Source: Octopus bimaculoides (Eukaryota). Taken from it: a stretch of DNA of 64,000 nt. The position numbers and the translations under genes were made by a program. The notes under the pieces were generated by a model, which searched no databases, had not been told where the DNA came from, and was given only the letters and a program-made list of their open reading frames with translations. Shown piece by piece: positions 26,620 to 38,442 of the stretch (positions within the stretch are counted from its first letter, which is position 1; every line of letters begins with the position of its first letter). The stretch lies in NCBI RefSeq assembly GCF_001194135.2, contig NC_069007.1:1641729-1705728 (forward strand), in the 5' to 3' direction.

Positions 26620-27090
26620 TGAGATTGTGTAAGTGTCTGAGTATGTGTACGGCTAGGTGTGTATGTGAGTGCGTGTGTGTGCTTACGTTCGTGCGCGTGT
26701 GTGATTGTGTACGTGTGTGAGTATGTATACGGCTGTGTGTGTTTGTGTGAGTGCGTGTATGTGCGTAAATTCGTGCGTGTCTGTGATCCTGTACGTGTGT
26801 GAGTATATGTACGGCGGTGTGTGTGTGTGTGTGAGTGCGTGTGCATGATTGTGTAAGTATGTGGAAGGCTACGTGTGTATGTGTGAGTGCGAGTGTGTGC
26901 TTACGTTCGTGAGCGTCTGTGATTGTGTACGTGTATATATATGTTAGGTTGTGTGTGTATGTGTATGTACGTGTCTGTGCATACGTTGGTGCGCGTGTGT
27001 GATCGTGTACGTGTTTAAGTATGTGTACGGCTGTGTGTACGTGTGTGTGAGTGATTGTATATGTGTAGACGGTTGAGTGTATGTCTGTGA
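26620..27090. repeat. About 80-bp GT-rich minisatellite, about 6 diverged units
   Basis: Recurrent anchors GAGTATGTGTACGGCT, GCTTACGTTCGTG and GTGATTGTGTAC at roughly 80-nt spacing. Confidence 0.75.
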
Positions 27091-28295
27091 AAAAGGTGAA
27101 TGTATCTCTGATTTGCTCTGTTATATAAATGTGTGTGTGTACGTGTGTGTGTGTACGTTCTTTACTTTCTCTCTTTCCCTGAAGTAGAATTAGTAGTAGT
27201 GGTAGCGACAGCAGCCGCAGTAGTAGTAGTAGATGGTGATTATGATGATGAAAAATAAAAGAAGAGGGTCTAAACTAAAACAATTATTTGACGAGTAAAT
27301 AACCTGATTAATTAGCGTAAGTCTGTTACCTGAGGAAGAAATAGAAGAACGATAATGTTAATATGAATGATAATAATACGTCTACTGCCAAAAATCGATA
27401 AGTCAACCTGTATTTAAAATGACAGTGAGAAGGTCGGTGCGACGAACAAAATGGAGAATTTGCAGTGAATTTTGTACTGGAGTATATTTTGGTTAACATC
27501 GTGACTTGGTTTTATTTTTCAGTCTAAATCCACGATTCACATCTCAGTGAACGCATCATCGCTTGAAAAAGATTATGGGATTAACTTGTAGTGAAATATC
27601 TAGCGAATACTTCTCTTTCTGTAACAGCCGTTACATTAGGATCTGTCAAGGACATCTGCTTTTTGAAAATCCGAATTTATCAAAATTTTTGTTGTTAACG
27701 GAGTTTCGCCCCAAATCAGCCAGGATCGAATAAATATATTTCCAACCGAATTCAAGAGAAAAAAATGTGCGCGTGTGTGTGTGTAAGAGAGAGAGAGGAG
27801 GGCAAAGTAAAAGAATGAGAGAGAGAGAGAGAGAGAAAGAGAGACAGAGGAGGGCAAAGTGAAAGAATGAGAGAGATATAGACGGAGAGACAGAGAGTAC
27901 ATAAGACCTCAGTAAGGGAAGGAAAATATATTTATTAACTTCGAAGAAATTGAAGATAAATTTAACCGCCAGAAAGGATACTGCCAGGCCTATACAGTCT
28001 TTTCGTTTGGTGCCTTCAAACGGTAGGCAGATTATTTCGACACTTTTTGTTGATTAGGTCCCAGTTTATAGGTTATTTATTTATTTTTTCTTTTATATAG
28101 TGTTTCTAATGTACCAGCTGATTTACTGTGTGACAGCTGATGTCGCCTTCTCACTGAAGGAGTAAGAAACAATTGGTTCAGGAGCTAGATGGTAAATGTT
28201 TTTATTTTTCATCCCTAACAGTGGTTTGGAACTTAGCTGTTCTTTTTAGCGTGCAAGGAATCCTATGAGGGATACCTCTTATGTGTTTAAATGTA

Positions 28296-28350
<55 letters not shown>

Positions 28351-28495
28351 TTTCGAAATTTCACCAAGACACCTGAAGAAGGCTGGTGGTTATATCAGCC
28401 GAAACGTTGTTAACAACAAACAAGATCAGGACAAATATCCGTTGAATGTAAGTAATGAACATAATTCCTCATCTCTTAAATATAGAACTACAATG
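28351..28495 (+). mobile_element. Short repeat family H1 (PLE-type terminal repeat) with a hammerhead-like motif at 28368-28412
   Basis: GACAC-CTGAAGA-A-GGCTG-gtggttatat-CAGCC-GAAA-CGTT followed by the tail shared with 1794-1875 and 32960-33050. It follows (TA)n(GA)n. Confidence 0.75.
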
Positions 28496-29183
28496 TGTTA
28501 TATTATACTGATGACGGTAAAGAGATTTACATCTCTAAATTAGAAATTGGTTTATGGTTAAAACGTTTCTTTTTTTTAATCTTCTTTGTTCACTTCTTTC
28601 GCTTTAAACCTGTGATAATGGGGTAAATATTGTAGTTCTTAGAGCCATTTGACGTCTATATCTAGCATGTGGCACTACTCACGTGTTGATTTTTTTTATA
28701 TTAACCACACGGGGTCGGAACACAGGAGACAGCACTAGGACAGACAAACGAAAAGGTGGAATGACGACTACTCAAACCCCACACTCCAGTTAACATCATT
28801 GAACGTTTTTAGAAAAAAAATTTAACACGTGTTATTTTATTTTTGTCTCTTTCTCTTTGCTGTGTGTGGCTTGTGTTATATACTCAGTCGACAACAGACA
28901 TGCGTGAAGTGGCCAGTGTCAATACGAAATTTTATTTTCATTTCCATTGAAACAATACACGTTTACTGTTCTATTACGAGTTAATAATTATCGCAGCAGT
29001 TGCAAGGTAAAATATAAAATTCTTTGTCTCTCTGTAATAATTATTGTGGTATTTACCGTTAAATTAGCAGTTCCATACATGTGCTATTTCGTTCATTTGC
29101 TTATATTTCGTTAATTTACACTGCATACAAAAATACGGACATACTACATACATACAACTGCTTACAAAAATAGAGATTAATGT

Positions 29184-29216
29184 ATTGGGTTGTCCGGAAA
29201 GTTTGTGCCGATTTAT
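29184..29216 (+). mobile_element. Solo mariner-like terminal inverted repeat
   Basis: TATTGGGTTGTCCGGAAAGTTTGTGCCGATTT resembles mariner ITRs of the TATTAGGTTGG..CAAAAGT...GC.G.TTT type. No partner end was found. Confidence 0.45.
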
Positions 29217-29995
29217 AGTAGCTTTTGGAAAAATATGTTTATTTCTTGGACTAAGTAAATAAATAAATAATGAATATGAATGGGGATCTCTCCCTCTCTT
29301 ATCTATCTGTCTAACTGTCTGACTATTTATCTATCAGCCTATCTACCTACCTAAATTTCCATGTATCTATCTTCATTGTCAATAGTACCTCACCCCCCAA
29401 AACAAAAACGATGTTCGCTTTTTCTAAATACCCCCAACTCAAAAACTGTTATATCGCAATACTACACAGTGGCTGTGTGAGCTACGAAATCCTCGTCGCC
29501 ACTGTTATATCGCACGTTCGGATGACAACTAAAGTATTAACAAACAATACTCATAGAGGTCATCCGAACGTGCGAAATGACAAAAACACATTTGTTTTAT
29601 ATAGACGAACAAGCTGTTCGTACATTCAAAAAATTTGATTTTACAATTCGAGAAACGAAAGAAAGCACTAATAATAATGAAGAAATAAACAGATTTTTTC
29701 CCAGCTCTCACCGTTTGTTTTTACTGTCTTGTTCTCACGGTTCCGTTCTTGTTAACGCTTTTACCCTCCGCAAAAATCCCAAATTTTATTTAATTTGCTT
29801 TGCAGGAAGGACTGTTTCAACGAAGTTGCCTATTGTCCTTACCTTTCAAACGCGAAGTAGATGAAACAGGGACAACTGACGAAGGGGCATATTGCATGTC
29901 TCGTTTGTGTCGTTTGGTTGTTTCGTTGTTGGAAAAAATTTCGTTTTCTATGTTTTCGTTTCTCATTGTGTTTATGGTTTTTTTTTTTGATGTCC

Positions 29996-30032
<37 letters not shown>

Positions 30033-30854
30033 ATGTACATATATGCATGTATATATGCATATATTTGTATTATATATATTTATATATATANNNNNNNNNN
30101 NNNNNNNNNNNNNNNNNNNNNNNNNNNNNNNNNNNNNNNNNNNNNNNNNNNNNNNNNNNNNNNNNNNNNNNNNNNNNNNNNNNNNNNNNNNNNNNNNNNN
30201 NNNNNNNNNNNNNNNNNNNNNNNNNNNNNNNNNNNNNNNNNNNNNNNNNNNNNNNNNNNNNNNNNNNNNNNNNNNNNNNNNNNNNNNNNNNNNNNNNNNN
30301 NNNNNNNNNNNNNNNNNNNNNNNNNNNNNNNNNNNNNNNNNNNNNNNNNNNNNNNNNNNNNNNNNNNNNNNNNNNNNNNNNNNNNNNNNNNNNNNNNNNN
30401 NNNNNNNNNNNNNNNNNNNNNNNNNNNNNNNNNNNNNNNNNNNNNNNNNNNNNNNNNNNNNNNNNNNNNNNNNNNNNNNNNNNNNNNNNNNNNNNNNNNN
30501 NNNNNNNNNNNNNNNNNNNNNNNNNNNNNNNNNNNNNNNNNNNNNNNNNNNNNNNNNNNNNNNNNNNNNNNNNNNNNNNNNNNNNNNNNNNNNNNNNNNN
30601 NNNNNNNNNNNNNNNNNNNNNNNNNNNNNNNNNNNNNNNNNNNNNNNNNNNNNNNNNNNNNNNNNNNNNNNNNNNNNNNNNNNNNNNNNNNNNNNNNNNN
30701 NNNNNTATATATATATATATACATTGCGTGTGTGTATGTGTGTTGGATTATGTACATAAGTGCAGTTTGGACTCCATTGATGCAGATAATCCAACAACGA
30801 TTTAGAATGACTCGTCATATTTGACACGAGTCGAAAATTTTCGTACCGTGTATT

Positions 30855-31185
30855 ATTTCTTACCGCGGCCACGCTGGGGCGCCGACATTGAGGGACTCTT
30901 TAATCGAACAAATTGAGCTCAAGACTCCTTTTTTATTCTATCGATATCTTTTACGTGGAGGTAAAGGGACCATCACTGATGGTAGAGCGGTGGTAAGGGG
31001 AGATGCACAAACATATACAAATACAACGGGCTTCTTTCAGTTTCCGTTAATCAAATCTACTCACAAGGATTTGGTCGGCCTGCGGGTTTAGCAGAAAACA
31101 CCTACCTGCCCATATGTGCCCCACAATGGGACTCAACCCGGAACAATATGATTGGGAAGCACACATAGCCACGCGTGCGCCTATA
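30855..31185 (-). mobile_element. SINE family B, diverged
   Basis: CTTCTTTCAGTTTCCGT...CTCACAAGG...CCCGGAAC...GGGAAGCA...AGCCACGC is the reverse complement of the family B head and body. Confidence 0.7.
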
Positions 31186-32959
31186 TATATATATATATTG
31201 TATAAAGGATCATGGGTAAGGCCAGAACAATGCGAAGTAAATGCAAGGTAAATCACAAGAAAACAAATATGTTAATTAATGTAGACTTACCTTGTAGTCA
31301 ATATTTCGGGGTTATGGCCCCATTTTCAAGAAATAAATGAATGTTGCTGATTTGCGTGTGTGTGTGTGTGTTTGTGTATATATGCATGCATGTGTGTGTG
31401 TGTTTGTATACACAACCATACACATAGACAGATATACACACAGACATAATAATGCTGACCTATATCTTCAAAACTCAATTATATCTAGAACGATGTTGAT
31501 CAAAGCTAACTTCCAACGAAGCAGGATAATTATAATTCCCCTCTTCCTCCTCCTCCTCATCATCATCATCATCATCATCACCACCACCACCACCAGCAGT
31601 ATCGTCATCATCATCGCATCCTCATTAGCGTCACCATCATCATTATCGAAGGCAGGAGCAGCAAAACTAAAATACAACCACGCCACATGTTGCTGTTGAA
31701 TAAGAGTCACATAAGAATGGCCAACCCGGGAGGATCTTAATTTAGTGCTTAAATCACGTGGCTGATTAAGTGCTAGACATAGTAGGCAAATATTCCTCAC
31801 ATCGCCTGGACCACTGAAGATAGGCGCATTCTTCGTAAATATGTTTGAATTAAAGGTTTGACAAGAATGAAAAAAACGTGGCATTCTCGTTTGGAACGTT
31901 CTTCAACACAGGTCGCTTTCTCCGATAAGGGACAAATTAAGGGATAAAATACAACAGCAACGGCAAGAAGAATTAGCAATAAATCAATAAATAACATTAA
32001 CAAAACCAACAAAGACATAATGAGATCTACTCCCACACCACCAAACCCCCTGACCAATACCAACTACATCACCACCAGTACTACTACCATCACCATCAAC
32101 CTCTAAGTCATTGCTTCTTGACCGAAACTGATAATGATTCATACATTTCTGCAATAAATTGCCACGCTCAGCAATAAGTAATCAAACTACGACTAGAATG
32201 AATATTTGGCAAGTAATTATTTGGCTTCAAGTCAAATATTTATTTAATGATTTAATGTCTCGATGAGAATGGCCTACTTAGTTTTAAGTTGTCCTTTTCT
32301 CTCTATCCCCCCCTCTCTCTCAAACCATATGACTTTCATTGAACTAATTCTTTGATCAAATTTCATCTGATGGGTTTTTCTTCAAGACGTCTTACTTTAA
32401 TCTTGCTTCTTCGCTTTGATCTTAATAGACTATAATATTTGATCTAACACTAAAACGCGCTGTGTCTAAACAATTAATTATATGTTCATATTCTGCGTAG
32501 TTAGTCTACTAACTACAGAAAAATGTTAGGCGCAGCTTCTTTATATGATATTTAACATACGATATTTATATTTCTATAGCCCGGGGTCACATATCCAGTG
32601 AAAACATTCGACCCCAAGTTAACGAGTTTTACATTGTATGGTCGGACGTCGTTGGGACGAGGGGCAAACTACAATATGAGATTTCGTATAACTCTTTATT
32701 TTATGTGTTCAAATCCCACCCAAATTTAATTTTCCATTTGTTTCCGGGATCCGATCGACAAAATCTACACTACATTCGCCACTCAAATTTCCGTATACCG
32801 GAAATTCTCTTTATTTCATCGTCTGTCGAATATTCCTGTAAATATTCTGGTGTTTATAAGATAAAGGACTTTACTGATACAGTGTTTCAACACTTCGACG
32901 ATTTCTCCTTATCAACCTTATTGATACATCCATCAATATTTTACAATGATAACACTGTA

Positions 32960-33090
32960 GAGTTCTATATTCAAGAGATGAGGAATTATTTATATTATTT
33001 ACAGTATTTACATTTGACGGATATTTTGTCCTCATCTTCTTTGTTACTAACACATCGTTTCGGCTGATATACCCTCCAGCCTTCAGGTGC
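32960..33090 (-). mobile_element. Family H1 inverted copy (hammerhead core has a 3-nt deletion)
   Basis: Reverse complement: GGCAC-CTGA---AGGCTG-gagggtatat-CAGCC-GAAA-CGAT-GTGTT plus the H1 tail. Confidence 0.75.
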
Positions 33091-33091
33091 C

Positions 33092-33345
33092 CACGGGCAT
33101 ATGGCGTAGTGGTTATGAGCGCATGCTATTTGCCCCAAGATTCAGAGTTCGATCCCAGGCAGTTACCTGAATGATGATGATGATGATAATAATAAAATTG
33201 AAAAATACCTTAAGAATGAGAACCCAGGATCGAAATTTCCCCCAAGACACCTGATGAAGGCTGGAAGGTATATGAGCGGAAACTTTGTTCCAACAACAAA
33301 CAAGATGAGGACAAATATCCGTCAAATATAAATAACGTAAATAAT
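33092..33345 (+). mobile_element. Composite element: tRNA-like Pol III head + (GAT/AAT)n linker + H1 hammerhead-bearing tail
   Basis: A box TGGCGTAGTGG (33102-33112), B box GTTCGATCC (33147-33155), then GACAC-CTGATGA-A-GGCTG (33246-33263) and the H1 tail. Confidence 0.75.
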
Positions 33346-33761
33346 GTAAATAACACTGTGTTACAAAACTTTTTATTGTATATTTATTTCTGTCTTTGGT
33401 CAGTATTTCCTGTTTTCTTCTATCTAGAAATCAAAAGGAATGTTTACTATTCTCTCCAAATTTTGCTTTTGTGACCACTTGATCATGTCCCTTTGTGGCT
33501 GACAATATGTGCATCGCTGATCATGAGCAAGAGTAGTGGTGGGATGCACCATAACTGGGTATTGACAGAAATCCTTTGTGGTTTCAATAAATATCGTAAG
33601 AAAGCAAGGTTTGAAGGAAACTCTTGCTATTTTTCATACTTTCAAGAGTAAGCAAGTATGAAATAACAGTTGCTACCTGAAAACATAAGTCGTAACCCAT
33701 TATACATTCGTATTGAATTTTGCTGTTGATGCTGTTTGAATCCAAACGAATCGTGACTGCA

Positions 33762-33797
<36 letters not shown>

Positions 33798-34059
33798 NNN
33801 NNNNNNNNNNNNNNNNNNNNNNNNNNNNNNNNNNNNNNNNNNNNNNNNNNNNNNNNNNNNNATATATATAAGAGAGAGAGAGAGAGAGAGAGAGTAACAG
33901 CAATAGCATATTTGTATCGTCTTTTTTTCTGTTTAGGGTACCTATGATTACATTATATAAAGAATTCCTTATAGGTCATTAAGATTTGAAAAATGATAGA
34001 TATGAAACGTCGGATCAGTTGAAATATGTATGTGCATATCTAAATGCTGGTTTCCATTT

Positions 34060-34255
34060 TGGTAGAAAGCCACCGACTGTGGAATAAGGTGCAAGTGGTT
34101 TCCATAGATCTCAATGCTAAACTGGATCTTATCGATCCAGAAAGAATGAACAGCAAAGTGGACCACGGAAGCATTTGATCTCAGAACGTAGACCCACAAG
34201 AAATGCCGTTATGCCTTTTTTCCAGTGGGTAATGATTATGCCAGCTGGCATCTTT
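34060..34255 (-). mobile_element. SINE family A, highly diverged
   Basis: ATCGATCCAGAAAGAATGAACAGCAAAGTGGACC...TTTGATCTCAGAACGTA...ATGCCAGC. Confidence 0.55.
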
Positions 34256-34269
34256 ATCAAATCGAAATA

Positions 34270-34490
34270 TTGATATAAAATTTGTGCAGAAGGCCAGCAA
34301 TTTCCAGGGACTGGTTAAGTCGATCAAATTGATGCCAGTTCTCAACAGGTACTTAGCTTTTCAACACTTCGGGGCGAATAATATAAGTCGAGACCCCGGT
34401 GTCATTTGAACTCAGAAAGAAAAAATTCGTCAGGAATATGTTGAACCACTTTTTGGTGACGTGGTAACTATTCTGCCAGTTCGCCACTTT
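34270..34490 (-). mobile_element. SINE family A, diverged
   Basis: TTAAGTCGATC...TTTGAACTCAGAA...TTCTGCCAGTTCGCCAC. Confidence 0.6.
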
Positions 34491-36775
34491 ATCATATCTA
34501 AACATGGTTAATATCCGCAGACAGCTTAGTCTGCGAACCGGGAACGTTAAATTTCGAGAGTCAGAAAGTGATATCTAATGAGCGTAGGATATTTCGTAAA
34601 GTTAACTTAAGATAATTACCCGATCGTTTAAATCTAACTTACTTTAGCCTATATCCCCGAAATCTATCAAAACCGTACTGCCATTGTCCAGGCAAACGTC
34701 TTCCACGTCGGTTCTAGATAGGTGACGATAGATAAGCAAGTAAACTTTGATTTTCGCTCCTAAATCTATTATGTAATGTTCTACAACATTTTAGCGAGCT
34801 TGTACAAACGCCAGAGTTGAGCTCTGAATAGAAATTATTCTTGTTGTGGCCGAAGGCTATCGTCTGTTAATAAGAGATATCTCAACTCTAATCTTGTAGC
34901 AATTTCATTATTTCTTGTTTCATACACATAACATACGAAAATACAGCGAATTTTATAGTATATATAATAAAATGTTTAATGTTATTAATAAACATTGTTG
35001 AAGATAATTTAATCTTCTGAACTTGTTATTTCTATATATTAGATATTTTAATCATAATATAACCGCAAAACTAGTGACCTCCGATCTAAACCACAAAATA
35101 AAGACCTCAGACTAAACTAAAACAGAGGCACAGAACTAGAATACTGGGTAACATGTAAGCGAACTATTTAGCCTCTACCTGAACGACGACAGCGAAAGGG
35201 TAAACCTAAGCAATAGATTATATAACAAATGAATGAGAACTAGCTGGCAGCATACAGGGCGCATAGAATAAGGGCGCAACATGCAAGACAGCCTAAGGAT
35301 ACCCGACACCAGCATCATTAAATTGTTGATGTCCGATATGAAACATAAAATAGAAAACGAACTGAAAACTACTTGACAAACCGTGCTTAAATGAATAGAA
35401 TTGGTAAGGCCCAATAAAGAGCGATGAAGATTATGAAGTCCTACCTGCTGTAGTTACACTCTCAAGATGAAATATTTAAAGGTTCTAACTGTTATTTCTA
35501 GCGGTTCTTTCAATTCTTAACATATTCCTCTTTTATTCTCGTACCTAATATATTTCTCGTTGAAATCGCACGTTGCTTTTTTTCTTTTAAATTTAGTCGC
35601 AGATTCCAATCGCTTTCTTTATTCTATTCGGTGAAATTGTGCCACATAAAAGGATTATTGATACCGGAAAAATATGAAAGTCGGATGTGGACAAAAACCT
35701 GACCAGTGACTCACGTTAAGAGGCACGAAATCAATATTAATTTGTGCCAAATATAGCATATAATGACAAAGAGCAATACGGTATTCGAACCTAAAGCTTC
35801 AAATAATAAACCAGTAGGGCGTCATGTCACCTCTAAAGCCCCAACAATGTTTAGAAATTCAACTTTCTATACACTTCTCCGTTTTGCAGCTGCAGTGTTG
35901 ATTATGAACTGTTTTTCTCACCAGGTTTACAGTCTCTAATTCCAGAGACAATAATTTTACTATTGTAAAGATTGACACACGTAGTGATCGTCATGAAAAC
36001 AAGACCTAACCATCGTTTTACCCCAACTTTCGTTCCACTGCACAAACTAAGCTAATCCGCTATGCCCGTGCACATTTATCATATGAACGGGTTCAATTTA
36101 AAATATACACCACATTCAAGATAACAAATTGTCATTCTCCTTTCCCTATTTATAACAATTTAAATAACCCTTACATGTCTCCTAAAAAGTATGTTTTTCC
36201 TATTGAAACATCAAATATTTGATTGACATAAACAGAAATACTATTAAAACGAATTGAAATCATTTTCTCTGTGCTAACGTTACAAATGTAAACTACCATT
36301 CTATCTTCACTTCGATGAACATAACAACAGTGAACAAACAGAAATCTGCACTTCATCATCTCTCCAACGAGCAGGTTTACTTCATTTTCAGAGCGAAACG
36401 CGGAGAATGGGTTTTTCCTCATTGTTATTCTTAAATTATCACACCTACCTGAAATTCGTCTCAAGCCAGTAGTTTAATTTACAAATCCACTTCTATTATA
36501 CACGTCATTGTATGGTCACGATGGAAGTAGTTTCTATGAACTTTGCAAGTCAATTCAGTATAACCTGTCAGATTGTCCAACCCCTACCTCCATCATTTTC
36601 TTTCCTCTTCACTCATCGAATATGCAGCAAACTCGACCCATGGATTTCTTTCGAAAAGTGGCGTATCTGATGCATATTAGTTATTTTTTCGTAGTTCACG
36701 GACTTTCACCCGATTACAGACAAAATTATTTCACCAGATATACCACAAAAAAAATTTCTACTTATACGTTGATAA

Positions 36776-37330
36776 CACTGCAACAAATTTCAGATACAAA
36801 AAAAAAAGACAAGTTAAGAAAGACTTGTTTCTGGGTCAAAAAATTGTCCTGATTCTGATTTTTACCTTTATTTCTCCAGATTAAGCACTGTCTTCCTGTA
36901 CCATGAACAATATGTTTTATAATATACTGCATAATATTGCGTATTGAACACAACATTGCAAATACTGAAAGTTACAAAAAACAAAATAAATATTTAGTTG
37001 GTATAACAAAACATATATTGGTTATGAATTAAAAACACACCTGTCAACTTAAACAACTTTTGTCCTTCTAAGCCACTAGTGCGGAGTGTGATCTTTTTTA
37101 AACCCCAGCAGTAGTCTGCCAACATACCAAGGTTCCATTTTCCTTTGAATCGTCGCTCCATCACTGAAATATCCTGATGGAATCTTTCACCATGTTCATC
37201 ACTCACATCACCAAGATTTTCCGCAAACAAATCCAAATGACAGTGAAGCACATGAACTTTTAGAGACCTGTTACATGCCATATCATGAAAATGACTCATC
37301 AGCTTCAATTCACATCGCCTGCTTTTTGCC
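36776..37330 (-). pseudogene. DNA transposase C-terminal relic, probably Chapaev3-type (CMC superfamily)
   Basis: ORF 36994-37332 encodes CNRSLKVHVLHCHLDLFAENLGDVSDEHGERFHQDISVMERRFKGKWNLGMLADYCWGL. This matches the widespread SLKIHFLHSHLDFF.EN.G.VSDEHGERFHQDI..ME.RYQG.W...MLADYCW motif. The superfamily is assigned from memory. CACTG at 36776 is a possible terminus. Confidence 0.7.
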
Positions 37331-38442
37331 ATATATCATTGCACTCATTGCAAATAATATCATTACAAATATAAACACATACACATGTTCTAGCTCCTTC
37401 ATATCGTCAATTTATCTTGAAACAAAATAACTAAAAAATGGTTATTGAAGCAGGTTATATTCCCCGAATTATAACCAGGAATGTTTAATTTTAAATATGA
37501 AATCTGCTGGTGGAAATTTGCCTGTGTTTATATTTGTTTATATTAATCAGAGAAAATTACAAAAAGGAATTATCTGTGGACAACATTAACAAATCTAGAA
37601 GAATTCTAGATTCCGTAATGTTCACCAGTTATTCTTTACGATATACGACATTGTAATTCCAGCTGATATATCTTCAGTTTTTGATATACAATAGACAAAA
37701 AGAAATGTTAAATATTCACTCCGACAGTCTAACAGAATAGTCTATAACATTTATCGAGCTTACAAAACCTTGATTTTCCAACCTATAGAAATTCTGGTTG
37801 TGATCGAAAGCTTTGACCTACATAAATTATAAAGTAATTTCTCAACTTTCAGTAATTTCATTGTTTCGTAATTCACCTCCATAACATACGAAAATACAAC
37901 AAATTGTACATTGTATATATATATAGGAAAATGCTTCTGTTATTAATAAACATTATTAGAGATAAGTCTTTCTTCTCAACTTGTTACTCGCATTGATTAT
38001 TCAACATAATAATCATAACACAGCTACAGACTGAATAGATAAAGTTATTACTCCAGAATATTATAATCTCATTAGTATGCACTATTGATTTTGAAATGTT
38101 ATTTTGAATGTAGTTAAGAGAGGAATAAGTTATAATGGAATGAGATAATTCAGATAGAGTATATAGGTTTCAATGGAGGATATTCTTGGCGTATTAGGAG
38201 AGCAATGTGCACTCGCCAAAGACGTTAAATTTTTAATATTTCTGATCTTGCAGGTTTATAATGTAATAGAGTTGTAATTTATTTTCACAATCTAATAATA
38301 GACACCCAGAATCGAAGTTTAAATGAAGCTGAATTTGTTCAACGCACACACATGCGCCCACTTCACTATCATCCACGAACGCGCACTTGTATACACACGC
38401 ACGCACGCACGCATGCATGCATACATACATACATACATATAT

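Noticed and set aside
26620-27090. CRISPR-like repeat-spacer array
   Set aside because: The units are wholly degenerate GT-rich tandem copies without unique spacers, the context is eukaryotic, and there are no cas genes.
28505-28550. Second CTGATGA...GAAA just downstream of the H1 copy
   Set aside because: The internal hairpin is not adjacent to the core halves, and there is no helix I or cleavage triplet.
29825-29910. Type-III hammerhead-like arrangement: CUA, TTGTCC (29833-29838) pairing with GGACAA (29870-29875), CTGACGA, then a 7-bp stem. A similar ACAACTGATGAAGGG occurs at 46111-46125
   Set aside because: The essential GAAA is replaced by GTTT and no helix III partner exists. This is at most a half-motif or truncated element end.
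30800-30850. Hairpin GACTCG...CGAGTC followed by GAAA
   Set aside because: There is no CUGANGA upstream.
33098-33165. Possible tRNA gene (also the SINE heads elsewhere)
   Set aside because: A and B boxes are present but no complete cloverleaf or acceptor stem could be drawn, and the sequence continues into repeat bodies.
36171-36464. 97-aa minus ORF as a possible host exon
   Set aside because: No recognisable motif and no neighbouring exons identified.
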